From: Lama guanicoe
Taxonomy: Eukaryota
NCBI GenBank assembly: GCA_013239625.1
Contig: MU053629.1
Span: 1,949,567-2,013,566, forward strand
Length of the DNA stretch: 64,000 bases
Direction of reading: 5' to 3'
Part shown: one piece after another, positions 24,708-37,400 of the stretch
Layout: each line of letters begins with the position of its first letter
Numbering within the stretch: position 1 is the first letter of the stretch
Program-made: the position numbers and the translations under genes
The notes under the pieces: generated by a model
What the model was told of the DNA's origin: nothing
What the model saw: only the letters and a program-made list of their open reading frames with translations
Database searches by the model: none

Positions 24708-26229
24708 TTTTAGTTCATGTGTATTTAAAGTAATCACTGATAGATATGGACTTACTATTACCACTTTGTTCATTGTTTTTTGGATATTTTGTAATTTCTT
24801 TGTTCCTTTCTTGTTCTCTTTATCTCTTCCTTTGTAACTTAATGATTTTCTTTAGTATATGCTTAGATTCCTTTGCCTTTATCTTTTGTGTATCTATTAT
24901 AGATTTTAGCCCTGTGGTAGCAATGAGGTTTATATAAAGCATCTTTTATCTATAACAGTCTATTTTAAGCTGATAACATCTTAAGTTAAAATGTATACCA
25001 AAGCTCTATATTTTTATTCACCTTCCCCTTTCAGGTTTTATGTTTTTGATACCACAATTTATCTTTTTACCTTGTGTATCCATTAATAATTTATTGTAGT
25101 TATTTATTTTTACTACTTTTCTTTTTTAACCTTCATACTAAATTTTTAAGTGATTTATCCACCACCACTACAACATTATGGAGTATTCTAAATTTAACTA
25201 TATATTTACCGTTACTAATGAGATTTATACTTTCATATGTTTTCCAGTTACTAATTAGCAACTTTTAGTTTCAGCTTGAAGATGTCACTTTAAAATTTCT
25301 TCTAAGGCTGGTCTATTGATGATGAACTCCTTTCAGTTTTTGCTTATCTGGAAAATTCCTTATCTCTCCTTCAGTTCTACAGGACTTCAGAACTTGTTGA
25401 GCATCTATCTTTATGAACATTATTTTGAATTCTTTACCAAGTAAATCACTTAACTCTGTTTCATTAAGGTCTGTTTCTGGAGCTTTATTTTGTTCTTTTG
25501 TTTGGAAAATATCCCTCTGTTTCCCTGACTCTCTATGTCAGTTTCTGTGCATTAATTAGACAAAACAGCCATCTTTCCCAATATTGATGGAGCAGTCTCC
25601 TATAGGAGATGAATATTATCATTCAACCAGGCTCTAGCTCTTAGTTGTTTCTCAAATCTTTGTGATTGTCCAAGCTACAATCTTTGGTCAATCTGTTCTT
25701 TGGTCTCAGTGGCTCCCAACAGTTGAAGGTGTGTCAAAACTTGTTAGGTGTCCCAAAGAGGGGACCACTGTCAGCACCTAGATATAGGCTGACTAGAAGC
25801 TGGACTCTCAGCAGCAACTTTTAAAGTCTGCAAGTAGTCCTTTTTCAGAGAGACTGGGAGCTGGGCTGAGAGGATAGTCAAATAAGAACTATTGTTTTCT
25901 TACAGTCCCATGGGACTGATGAATCCAAGTGAAGGGGGGCATCCCCTAAGAGTCAGCCACAAAAGTCAGGGGACCAGATGAGTATGCAAGCTCATGTCAG
26001 GGAGATACTGGTGATATGGAGCAAATGAGAGCGAGAATGTAGAAATGGCACCTGCCAGCCTCTCAATCTCCATGGAGAATTGTGGTCTGTTCCTAGATGT
26101 GTGCTAAATTAGAAGCTTGACCCTCAGGCAGTAGCTTTTAGAGTACACAATAGTTCTCTTTCAGGGAAAGACTGAGAGATGGGCATTTCTGCCTTCTGTC
26201 TCTGTACAGAGTCCTAAAATTGTTCCTAA

Positions 26230-26900
26230 AAAAAAGTCTATTAATTAAAATAATAATTTCATTTAAAATAGCATTAAGAAACTGAAAGTACATACAAACA
26301 TTTTATATAATGTGTAAAATCTCTATGCTCAAAACTACAATACACTGCAGAAAGAAATTAAAGATCTAAATAAATGGAGAAATATACTGTGTTTAGGGAT
26401 TGGAACATTCAATACAGTTGTGATGTCAATCTTTTCCAAACTGACAAATTTAATGCATTCCATATAAAAATCACTATGGGATTTTTCTAGGAGTTAATAA
26501 ATTGATTAAAGTGTTTATGATAAAGAAAAAAACTTGGAATAGCTAAATCAATCTTTTACTTACACACTTACACACGGACAAATACAATATGGTTCCACTC
26601 ATACTGAAAATCATAAAAGCAGAAAGCAGAATGGGGATTCCAGAGGCTGTGGAGAAAAAGGGACTAGAGAGTTGTTGTTCGATGGGTAGAGAGTTTCAGT
26701 TTTGTAAGATGAAAAAGAAAGATCTGTTCCACAATAATGTGAATATAGTTAACACCACTGAACTCTACACTTAAAAATGGGTAAGAGGGTAAATTTTGTA
26801 TTACATTTTTTTTTCACCATAATTTGAAAGATTCTGAAGTTGGAAGACACATTTACCTAGTTTCAGGACATACTTTAAAGCTACAATCATTAAGACATAT
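26230..26900 (+). mobile_element. Old L1 ORF2 fragment interrupted by an L1MB-like 3' end (about 26570-26825)
   Basis: aaagaaattaaagatctaaataaatggaga..agctaaatcaatctt resumes at gaagttggaagac..aaagctacaatcattaagaca. The insert has gggtagagagtttcagttttg and actgaactctacacttaaaaatgg. Confidence 0.75.
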
Positions 26901-27684
26901 ATGTTTTCCAAAATTTAAGTTCTCTGTACCCACATCTGGGCTCTGCTGAGCACTGATAGAGAAAAATGTCACAACTAATATCACTATAAATATGTGGTTT
27001 CCTATCAGTGGAACACTGAACCAGGCTAAGAAGTCTTGCTACCTGCCTCCTTATCCTTAACATATGATCTACATCAAGCAGGAAACAGAAATCACATCCA
27101 CTACCCAAAGAAGTGTGGGTTGCCATAAAATTACGGGAGGATAATTGCACTATTTAAAAATTTAAATAAAATTTAGCTGCAATTTCTTTGACTCTTAAAT
27201 TTTATTTTGAACAGTCCATAAAATAGGTACAGAAATTCATGAAAATTGTACTAATATATAAGGGCTTCAAATCATACACATAAACTTTATGCTCTTAGGT
27301 CAATAAACAAATAATAGCAAGGCCCAATCCCACCCACTAATACATTCAACAAAGAAATTGCTGAGAGTGCAATAAACCAGAAGTGAATCTTGTTTCTTCA
27401 TATACTTTCACATGGCCTCTTTCTGTATTGGAATCTTACAATAGGAATGTAATTTTACTGTCTGAAGATACACATTTTTCATACTATATACCCCCAGAAC
27501 GCACTAAAACTTCATCTGGGGCTCAACTAAAGAAACAGCAATCTGACACAATGTTGGGGGAGGGGGGACTGACCACACTGGATTTACCTGAATGCAATGT
27601 CTTTCTGAAAAGATAATGATAGATGGTATTTACCTCATGTAATAACTAGAGAATCAAACCATGAGTATAATTTTACTATACTGA

Positions 27685-28125
27685 TAAGAATGTCCACTGA
27701 GTATTATTTTTAATAGCAAGAAATCATGGTCAACTTAAATTTCCATGACTAGGAGAATGGTTAAATAACAGTATATCCATACATGGGATGGTGTAAGCTA
27801 GAAAACGAAAAAAAGGTAGATCTATATGTCCTAGCTCGGAAAAGAGAACCAAATACATTATGGGGAGGCGGGGGGGAGGCTGTTGCACAATATATATATA
27901 GTATGATCCCACTTAAGAGAAAAACAAAAACAAAAAAATTAATATTTAAAATCCTTTTGCAATCTGTCATATGAATATAGTTTGTATGTACTTAGAAAGA
28001 AATCCGATAGGATACATAAACAACTGAACACTAGTTAGTCTTGGAGGAAAAGAACTGAAGGGCAAAGAATAAAACTTTAAATTTCTATTTTATACTTCTG
28101 CACCACAAATAATTTTAAATAAGCA
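27685..28125 (+). mobile_element. L1ME-like 3' UTR fragment
   Basis: aacttaaatttcca..taggagaatggttaaataa and agtatgatccca motifs. Confidence 0.5.
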
Positions 28126-28229
28126 CATACCACTTTAGTTACTAAAATTTTTATCGTGCCAGTTACGAGAAACAAAAAATGTTAAGACAAAAATTCCCTT
28201 GATTTTCTAATACCAAACCAGCAAAACAT

Positions 28230-29900
28230 GCCTCTAAAGCTACATATCTTGACTTCACTTTCTTCCTGTCTCATCTAGGAGAGGTGGCCCTCATGCCCAA
28301 GGCAAATCACTTATAAACGTCACTGCATTATCTCTCTCCAATAACTTTATCCTCTTTCTCTAGGCTGACTTCCTTCAATGAGCATTAAACATGTTCAAAA
28401 CCTTACCATTAGAAATAAGATCCAGCACCCTGATCATTATTCCCTGCCCAGCAACCATTCTCTCTCTCCCCCACAGGCTATTCACTCACTGTTTCTATTT
28501 CCTCATTCCTGAACACACTGCAATAGGGTTTTTAATCCCATCCACACAAACCATTGATATCTTTCTCCACCCCCAGGTAAAATAAACCACATCCTTGAGG
28601 CTAAATCCAAAGAGTGCTTTTCAGTCCTTATCTCTCTTACTCTTTTGCTCTTTCTTAAAACATTCTTTCCCCTTTGGGTTCATGCTGCCACTCTCTCCTG
28701 GTTTTCCTCCTGTCTCTTGCTGTTCCTTCTTACTCAGCCAGTCCCTGAACTATTTCACTTCCTCCCAGTGCTGGCCCAAGCCTGTCTCTCTTCTCACTTA
28801 AAACCACTCCCATGGCTTCTAGTCATGCATTAATTCAACAAATATTTAATAAGCATCCATTATGTAAAAAGACACTTTTCCCAGGCACTGCTGTATTGTT
28901 CTAAGCACCCATATCATATGTTCATTTACATGCTGATGAACCCTAGTTTGCATTCCCAGCTAGCACTTTTCTCCTGAGGTTGAGATCTATACACTCAGGG
29001 GTATACTCAATTTTTCTACCTAAATAGAAAATTCAGACACCTCAATTTCAATAATCCCAATTGAACTCATTTTCTCTTGGCTCCTACTTCTCACACCACC
29101 CCTCTTCTTAAGAAAGCCTCAAACCTTCTTTCATCTCTTGGGTCCTAATCTCAACACTGTCACTAACTATTTATCCAGTGACCTAAACAAGACAGAGAGG
29201 ATCAACTTTAGTTCTTAAATAACAGTCAAACCTGTAAGCTTCTCTCAGTCTTCATTAGTGTCACTCTGGGTAAGAATTCCCATTCTCCTACAGGGTTGGA
29301 ACAGAGTCTCTTAATTGATCTCCTTGCTTCTAGGTTTTTCCTTTCAACTCCCTTACCTCTCCATACCAATATGTGTAGCACTGTAGCCAGAGGGAACTTT
29401 CTAAAATGCAAGTCTGATCATGTTGTAGCCCAATTCAAAGGCTTTCAACAGCCTCCCAATGCCCTTAGAAAAAAAAGGCTTACAGTCCTTCCTGAACTGG
29501 CACGACTTACCTCTACAGTTTCATTTCGGTTAAATCATTCCCTTTCATTACATGCTAATAAACACCAAACTCACTCCATTTCCACCAAAGGGCCCTGGGC
29601 CCAGATCCCCCTTGTAGCTATACTCCTTAGGTTAACTCATGCTCCTCTTTAGCTTTTACTTTAAAAATCTCTTTCTCTAAAAAAATTTTCCTCTAATTCA
29701 ATTCTGTTTTTTGGGCCCCTGCCATATTGTCTTTCAGCATCCCATCACAGCACTAATCAGTGAGTTCTAACTGCTTGTTCACCTGTGTATTAGCTCTGTG
29801 AAGGTAGGAACTGTCTCATTCACCATTTTCTTCATAGGATCTGGAATAGTAGGTTCTCAAATATTTAATGAATAAAGGAATACATAAGTGAATAAATGAG
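28230..29900 (+). mobile_element. L2 fragments ending in an L2 3' terminus, with a short reverse L2 end near 28830-28890
   Basis: cttttctaaaatgcaagtctgatcatgt and ctcaaatatttaatgaataaa..gaataaatga; reverse attcaacaaatattta. Confidence 0.65.
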
Positions 29901-30443
29901 TTCTCATTCTTGATTTTCAACCAAAGAACAGATTTAACAGGTTGAAAAACTCAAATCCAAGAGATCACAATTCTAGCCATCATTCTGAAGAGAAGGAAAA
30001 ACAGTAATCCCAAGTACCATGGTAATTACATCCTACCGTAATTATACGTAACATGCTATTGTATAAAAGGGACTTCTCATTAGAAAAGTACGGCCCAAAT
30101 TTTTACTCATCTTAGATGACATAAGATAGCGTCAGAAATTATAAACTAATGACCAAGACACTGGTTTTGTTTTAAATCCAATTCTAAATAGCCTCATCTG
30201 TGAGCTTCTCTGGCATTATCACTCTCTGGTTTCTATGTATTTTTCTAAGTCATGCAGAAACAGTCTATTTAATATGGGCACACAGTTGGTGAAATAGATG
30301 ACCAAGGCTAGAAATCTGGATTTTTATTCTCAGCCTTGACACCAATATACTTCCCTCCACTTGATTCACCTCCTAAAAAGGAGACATACCTGAAACGTAC
30401 CATATCTTTTACTGGAGGAAAAAAAAGACATAAATTGTTTTTA

Positions 30444-30530
30444 AAGAAAAAAGAGAAGAGAAAAGAAGAGGAGAAAGAGGAAAGAGAGAAGGGGGAGGAG
30501 GAGGGAAAGGGAGGGGAGGGGAGGATAGAC
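30444..30530. repeat. Purine-rich low-complexity tract
   Basis: About 80 nt of almost pure A/G. Confidence 0.9.
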
Positions 30531-30531
30531 A

Positions 30532-32372
30532 GGGGACTTAACCAGTTTCCAGTTCTGTATATAAGGAGCTTAGAGAAGTCAGCACTTTAAGAAGCAAAAA
30601 ACCAAAAGAACTAAAAAAATCAACAGCTCTTCTCGGATCCATAAAAGAGGAGAGAACAAAGGGCAAATCACTGCTGCGAAGATTGAAGAGAGACAGGTGA
30701 AAATAGGAAGTCGCAGCTTAGGGGAGAAGAGACCCAGAATATGCGGCAAGAACCAGTGCCGGGGTGGGAACCCTGTAACTGATGAATTTCTGGAGGCTCA
30801 ATGTGGACAACTCTAAGAGGTAAAGGTTCCAAGGGGACCCTGTCTCTCATTGTGAGATTTGCCTCCAAGAGCTTGACCAAGTTCCCAGAGTAAATATCAG
30901 AGGGAAAAATCCCACTGAGCTTCCAGCAGGGGGAGGGGGAAATAAAGTATCCTGAAATACTCCGGAGGACTCTGTTTTTAAGGAGGCCTGCCCTCTGGAG
31001 AAAATAGTTAATCGGAGTCTAATCTGCTGGGATATTTATCAGAGCCTAACTGACCTGGGGGAAGGGAACTACTTGTATCTAACCCCCTCTAGCCTTCCAC
31101 ATGGTGGAAGGGAAATACCCAACTCCAAACCATTCTAGCCATCCTGTCCCACCCAAGTGTGGAGAAAAAAAAATGAGACACATTTGTGAAGCTCACAGTC
31201 CTGAGGAACAGGCTCACTAAAAGACTGACACCTAAGCACAGGACAACAGGATGCCTCACCCCTCCCCTCCCCTCATACCTCACCACCTTATCGCTAAAGG
31301 CCTATTTATAGTAGTTCCTTTTATCAGGTACATCATGTCTGGCTATCCAGAAAAAATTTTAAGACATACTAAAAGGTAAAAAAACACAATTTGAAGAGAC
31401 AGAGCAAGTATCAGAACACATGGCAAGGATGATGGAATTATCAGATCAGGAATTTAAAGCAACTATTATTAATATGCTAAGAGCTCTAATGTCCTTCCGT
31501 AGGTAAATGCATAAATAAGCTGTGGTACATCCAGGCAATGGAATACTGTTCGAAATTAAAAAGAAATGAACTCTAGGGGTGAGGGGTGGGAAGGGATAAA
31601 CTGGGAGTTCGAGATTTGCAGATACTGACTGGTATATATAAAATAGATAAACAAGTGTATACTGTATAGCACAGGGAAATATATTCAATAATTTATGGTG
31701 AAAAAGAATATGAAAATGAATATATGTATATTCATGTATGACTGAAGAATCGTGCTATACACCAGAAATTGACACAACATTGTAAACTGACTATACCTCA
31801 ATATAAAAAATTCTTTTTAAAGAAAAAAGAAAAAAAAAGAACTATTAAGAAACTTAAATGCATATTACTAAGTGAAAGCAGCCAGTCTGAAAATGCTATA
31901 TACTATATAATACTAATTACATGATATTCTGGAAAAGGCAAAACTACGGAGACAGTAAAAAAGATCAGTGGTTACCAGGGAAGGGATGGGGGATGAATAG
32001 GTAGAGCACGGAGGATTTTTAGGGCAGTGAAACTACTCTGTATGATACTGCAACGGTAGATACATGTCATTATACATTTATCCAAAATCGTACGATGTAG
32101 AACACCAAAAAATCCCCCTGTGCTTCCAGCAGGGGGGAGGGGAAAATGAACTATTTTGAAATATGCCAGAGCCTTAAACTATAGACTTTGGGTAATTATG
32201 ATTCACCAGTGTAGGTTCATCAATTGTAACAAATGTACCACTGTGATGGAGGTTGTTCATAATGGGGGGACTATGCATGTGTGGGGGGCAGGGGATAGGT
32301 GGGAAATGTCTGTACCTTCCTCTTAATTTTGCCATGAACTAAAATTTCTCTAAAAAAAAAAGTCTTAAAAAA
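30532..32372 (+). mobile_element. L1MC-like element: 5' region and ORF1 start joined near 31490 to an L1MC 3' end
   Basis: 5' motifs cagctcttctcggatcc..gggcaaatcactgc; ORF1-like gaatttaaagcaactattattaatatgct; 3' UTR ggaaaaggcaaaactacggagacagtaaaaaagatcagtgg. Confidence 0.7.
31573..31838 (+). mobile_element. Young L1 3' tail nested in L1MC
   Basis: gggaagggataaactgggagttcgagatttgcaga..gtatagcacagggaa, A tail and gaact flanking repeat. Confidence 0.85.
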
Positions 32373-32421
32373 TATATATATATTTCACTATATATGTGTG
32401 TATATATACACACACACACAC
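32372..32421. repeat. Compound TA/TG/CA microsatellite
   Basis: (ta)n ..tgtgtg(ta)n(ca)n. Confidence 0.85.
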
Positions 32422-32554
32422 GTGCGCTTTTAAGTATTATTTCTACATAAAAGAACCTTAAGGAATTATAGCAATTACTGAAGGAGTCTGCACAATTGTC
32501 AGATGTCAAAAAGGAAAAGTACAAGCACCCTCTATTCATTCAAAGTGCAGTTCT

Positions 32555-33050
32555 TAATTCAACCAAACATTTGGTGAGTGTCTCCTTTGCACCTAAAACT
32601 AGTTTAGTCACTGGGGATTTAACAGGGAACTCAGCATATGCATACTTCCTGTGCTCAAAGAGCTTAGTCTACATGGGGCATCACAAATGACCACATGAAT
32701 AAAAGAACTACAAATCTGTGCTACTCTACAAAGAAAACAAAGACCTGCCAAAGATAATGGGGAAGTCAAAAGGGAAAGTTTTAGAAATAGGGTATTAAGG
32801 CCTTTAGTAGAAGCCACATTCAAACAGTATCCTCAGGATGAGAAGGAGCCAATTTATCCAGAGCTAGGAACAGACCCTCCAGATAGAGAAACATAAAGAC
32901 AGACTCTTGGTAAAAGAAGACCAGCAAGGCTAGGGATGACAGGCGAAGAGGTAGCAGGAGGAGTCCATCATTCAGGATTTTACAGATTGCTGATACTGCA
33001 ATAAAAAGCCATTTAAGAATTTAAAGTCGGGAAATGACACTTATATTTAA
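32555..33050 (-). mobile_element. L2 fragment
   Basis: attcaaccaaacatttg..gtcactggggatttaacag and aggatgagaaggagcc. Confidence 0.55.
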
Positions 33051-33349
33051 AGGGATTTGATTTTTTTTTAATTTACCTTTTTCAAATGATTAAATCTGGG
33101 TGCTATGTGACCTAGTCAGTAAACTTAACTTGGACTTAAATATTCCCTGCCATAGACAAGGAAATCGAAGCTTACAGAGGTTATATTTAGTGTCTTGATC
33201 ACAGTCAAATCCAGTCGTGTTCAAAGCCTGAGCTCTCTCCTGTCCGCCACCCTTACCAGAGAACCATGCACTCACTCACCCATTTAGCCCCATTGAGTCA
33301 AAAGTACACTGGCCTCACAACTGTCCTCCTGAAACAATAAAAAACAAAA

Positions 33350-33493
33350 GTGTGAAAAAAATGTGACAATGAGTGTGTATATGTCCATGAATGACTGAAA
33401 AATTGTGCTAAACACTGGAATATGACACAACACTGTAAAATGATTATGAATCAATAAAAAATGTAAAACAAAACAAAAAACAAACAAAAAAAA
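33350..33493 (+). mobile_element. Short young L1 3' tail (same variant as 18624-19364)
   Basis: gtgaaaaaaatgtgacaatga..actgaaaaattgtgct..cactggaa is the reverse complement of about 18660-18762. A-rich tail. Confidence 0.85.
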
Positions 33494-36004
33494 TGTGGTG
33501 ATTTTCTAATATGTCCTCAAAGTTTATCCAAGGGAGCCAGCCTAACTCTTCTTCCCTTGAGTGACTTAAAATTTTGTGTTTCCCACACTGAAGTTCTTCA
33601 TCACTTAAAACATATTTATGCCTTCTTTTTGGGGCAAAATTTCTCCATGGGATTTGTTTACTTTTTAAAAACAGCTTCACTAAGATATAATTCACATACC
33701 TTACAATTCACCTATTCAAAGTATATCTGTTTCAAACATTTTTGAACTGGGAGGAATCAAAATGGGTCTATCTTTGGCCTACAATTAGTGCAATTGGTTT
33801 TTCTTGAGTTTGTTTACCTGGCAAACACAATGTTTTCTCCAGTTAGCTCATTTATTTTGTCATTTGACAGCAATGGACAGGGAGCTAGGACTTAAGCAAC
33901 TGCTATATGGCTGAGAAAAGGATCTTATAAGACTCTTTCTCCTGCCTTGTACATAACCTCTAAATCTTACTCATATAATTTGGTGGAGACTTCTTCACAT
34001 AGAAGTAAGCCAACTGTGATAGTAAAAGCTTTTATCAGAGAGGAAGGGAAATATATATTTATATAAATATTTTTAATCAACAATATGAATAAATCATACA
34101 CAGTTTCTTTATGACTTTGCTGTTGTGGCCTCAAGACACAATGAACCATGTTTCTTCTTCCTGTGACATATTAGTAAGGGTTTTCAAACTTTATATGGTT
34201 CTGACAAAAGTGTATGGTCCTCTTGGAAAGGACAGTTTCAACTGAGTTTCGGTCTGATCCAAAACATACTGTTCCTAGAACACAGTCTTTTAAATCTCTG
34301 GCATTAAATTAAGTCTGTTACCTGTTTTCATCACCCTGATCAAGTTTTCTTCATTACTTTTGCTTTAATGTCATCTTTTGCTGCTGTTGGCAATTAATTC
34401 TTTAAAATTTTTAACAATGTCTGACACACCAGTTTGCAACCTGTGGTATAAAATTGTTAAAGCAAAATACAGATTTTAAAGCCTTCAGCATAAATAATCT
34501 ATGTTGCCAAAAATAAGGAGGGGAACTCACAAAACAAGAAAAAAGTACCATGTTTAACTAAAAAGTACCTTGTTCACTCCAGAAACAGAAACAAGTCTTA
34601 ACATGAAAACTGAGATTCTGAAGTAATGATAATGCTTTCTACAGAGAAGTTCAGAATATCATAGTACTGTTAACTAGATAAATTTAATCCATTTCTGTTT
34701 CTTAATAAGGGAAAACTGCCATTTCTCAATTTCAGATCCAAATGAGAACAATTTAATGTACTATATTCTAAGGAAATGAGCAGCATTCAAAACAAAGTCA
34801 TTCCACATTAAATAATGCCAGCAATTTATATGACAAACAGAGGGGTTTACAAAGGAAAAAAGGCTACTTTATATAAAATAAAATTACTACAAGTCCATGG
34901 GCTGATGATTAATGTAGCTGCTTTTGATACTGAGCTAGGTTAAGGCCATGGACATGCAGATTTCATTTCAAAGCATCTAATCAAAGACTAATATTGGTTA
35001 CATTTTTTTTTCATTATAAAGTGATTGTATCATTCAAGAAAAACAGCCAATAGGATGGGAAGGAAGAAGGGGAAGTTGAGCTTGTATTGATTCTACACAT
35101 ACAGCCTGAATTCTCTTCGTGTATTTTCCACTAACTTATTGATAAGCCAGACAAAGCAGTAATAGGTCTTACAAGAGTGACTGCTAGGCTCTAATCAGGT
35201 TCTATGTAACATTTCATTGCATTTTTATTCCTTTGTCTTAATTCATTTACCCTAAGTAGTAAATATTTTTCACCTTCAGAAATCTTTATTCTGTAACATG
35301 TTTTTCTCTTATTGTGAAGCATAAAGGCTTTATAACGCGACTGTTCTCACATTCCAGTTTCTCTTTCTCAGTTTTACACATGAACTAGCCACAAAGAAAT
35401 CTGTTGGTTTGTTTGTTTGTTTTTTTCCCTACCAAAAGAGTCAACAGCTAAGCCTTTTTCATCTCAGTCACATACTATACTCTCACTTGGTACATGGAAA
35501 TCAAGTTTTTAAAACTCAGTTACTCAGTTTTAAGATAGGGCTCTGCTCTAATCATAGCAATATAAAATATACTACACTTTTATCTTCCTCTTGCTTTGGT
35601 CATAAATGAATCTTCACTGTTTCACTGTATTTATTGTAACTTGAAGGACTGATGTTGGAAACCTGTTATGGCATTATATACAAGTACTACCTTATTCTTA
35701 CTTAAAATTTTGTCCAGTCTCAAAGAATTATTTGTTAATCACTGGCTAAACAAATCAGCAACTTCACCCTTCTGATTAGAATGTTTAAAGTTATACCTGT
35801 CCCCCTCTTCCCTTCAAAGGGCCGTTATCTGCTGGTTCTCTCATTTTATAGCTTACAGGGTAGTGCAAAAGGAATAGATTCTTCTAGTATTCTTACTACA
35901 AAGCCACCCTTTCCCCACAGATTTTATTATTTTCTGCATACACTTCCTAGGACATAATGAAAAACTCAAAATAGTCCACACCTGTCATACTGTAGAACAG
36001 TGAC

Positions 36005-36240
36005 AATAATAACACCTAAAGTTTACTGGGCCCTGATGTGCCACTCATCCAGTGCTTTCAATAAATATTAACTCATTAAGTCCTTCCACAGTACTACAAG
36101 ATAGTAACATTTTTATTATCACCCTTATTTCACAGATGAGAAAACCAAGTAAGGTGCCTAAGATCAAGAAACTAAAAAGCAGGATATCTGACAGCCTGAC
36201 TCAAGAATCTGAGACCACTGTGCTTTTAGAAACACTACAC
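36005..36240 (-). mobile_element. MIR
   Basis: aactcattaagtcct..ttatttcacagatgagaaaacc. Confidence 0.75.
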
Positions 36241-37174
36241 TGATTACTAAAACCTGTAGGAAGAGATGCATACGGTTACCCAAAGAGAGCACATTCCTGC
36301 AGGCTGAGATTATAAATGAACCCCATCCAATTTCTTCAGTGGGACTTAAGATTCAATACTAACTTGCAACAAATGCAGATTAGAACAGGAAAATTTATTC
36401 TTTTAGGAAATATGAGTACATTTTCACATATAAATGCATGCAAGCTTTGTCAAGAGGATGCTGCTGAATCAACGTGTAAGATAAATTTTATTATTATACA
36501 GTCCAATGCTCTGTAATATGCTAAGTAAGGTAACTTTTGAATACATAAAAGTACTGAACCATAAGAACTTGATTAATACAAAATTCACAAAACTCCTTTG
36601 GGTCTTTCCATTTTTTGTGATATCTGAAACAGCCGACACTGTTTCCTGTAATCATTCTCTACAACTATGTTGTAATAAAAGTATTTATTTTAAGAAAAAT
36701 GGAACAAAGTGAATTCAAGTGGTCTTTAATAATATTTTACCTTCACTGGGATATGGCTACGGTTATGTTATATCACTGGGAAGCAGTAAAACAGGTTTCT
36801 ACTTGAATTCTGTAATTGTATACGACCAGCCTTAAGCTCCATCTTTCATTATTTTTGGTGAAGAAAGATAACCGAATTCCATCAACTGGAGGAGGTCAAA
36901 GTGGTGAGGTTCCAGCCTAAAAGACAATTCACATATCCTGACAGCTGTTAATACTACATTATTCTCATATGATAATGGGTTACCTCAGACCAAGAAAAAC
37001 TCTACAGTCTGAGAATCATAAAAGACAATCTAACCATTTCTATGAAAAATTAACTAAAATTGGAGAGAACTAGATTCATAACTATTTTAAATGAAGGTTT
37101 CTAAAACTCTATAATTACAATTACCTTTAATTACCTTAACTTTACAGTTTTAATTCATAGCCCTGAATTGTGAC

Positions 37175-37400
37175 AGTAATAAGAGCATCATGTGAGTGCC
37201 TACTGTATACTAGGTACTATACAAGACACTTCACCTGCGTTATCTTACCTAACAACTATCCTATGGGACAGGTATTATTTTCACTTAACCCACGGGACAA
37301 ATAAAATTTACAGATACTAATCTGCCTAACACTACTACAGCTAAGATAAGGCAGAGGGAGAACTCAAAGTCAGACTTGCTGGATTCCAAAGGTCTTACCC
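37175..37400 (-). mobile_element. MIR
   Basis: gagtgcctactgtatactaggtact..cctatgggacaggtattatt..ttgctggattccaaag. Confidence 0.7.

Larger units (their letters stand above)
21212..26215 (-). mobile_element. Long degenerate L1 (L1MA9-like 3' end, ORF2 with internal deletion, ORF1 remnants, 5' region) with nested insertions
   Basis: ORF-track peptides match L1 ORF2: [53 protein letters not shown]. Confidence 0.9.

Noticed and set aside
34541..34578. Short tandem duplication aaaagtacc(a/t)tgtt
   Set aside because: Ordinary two-copy slippage with no further structure.
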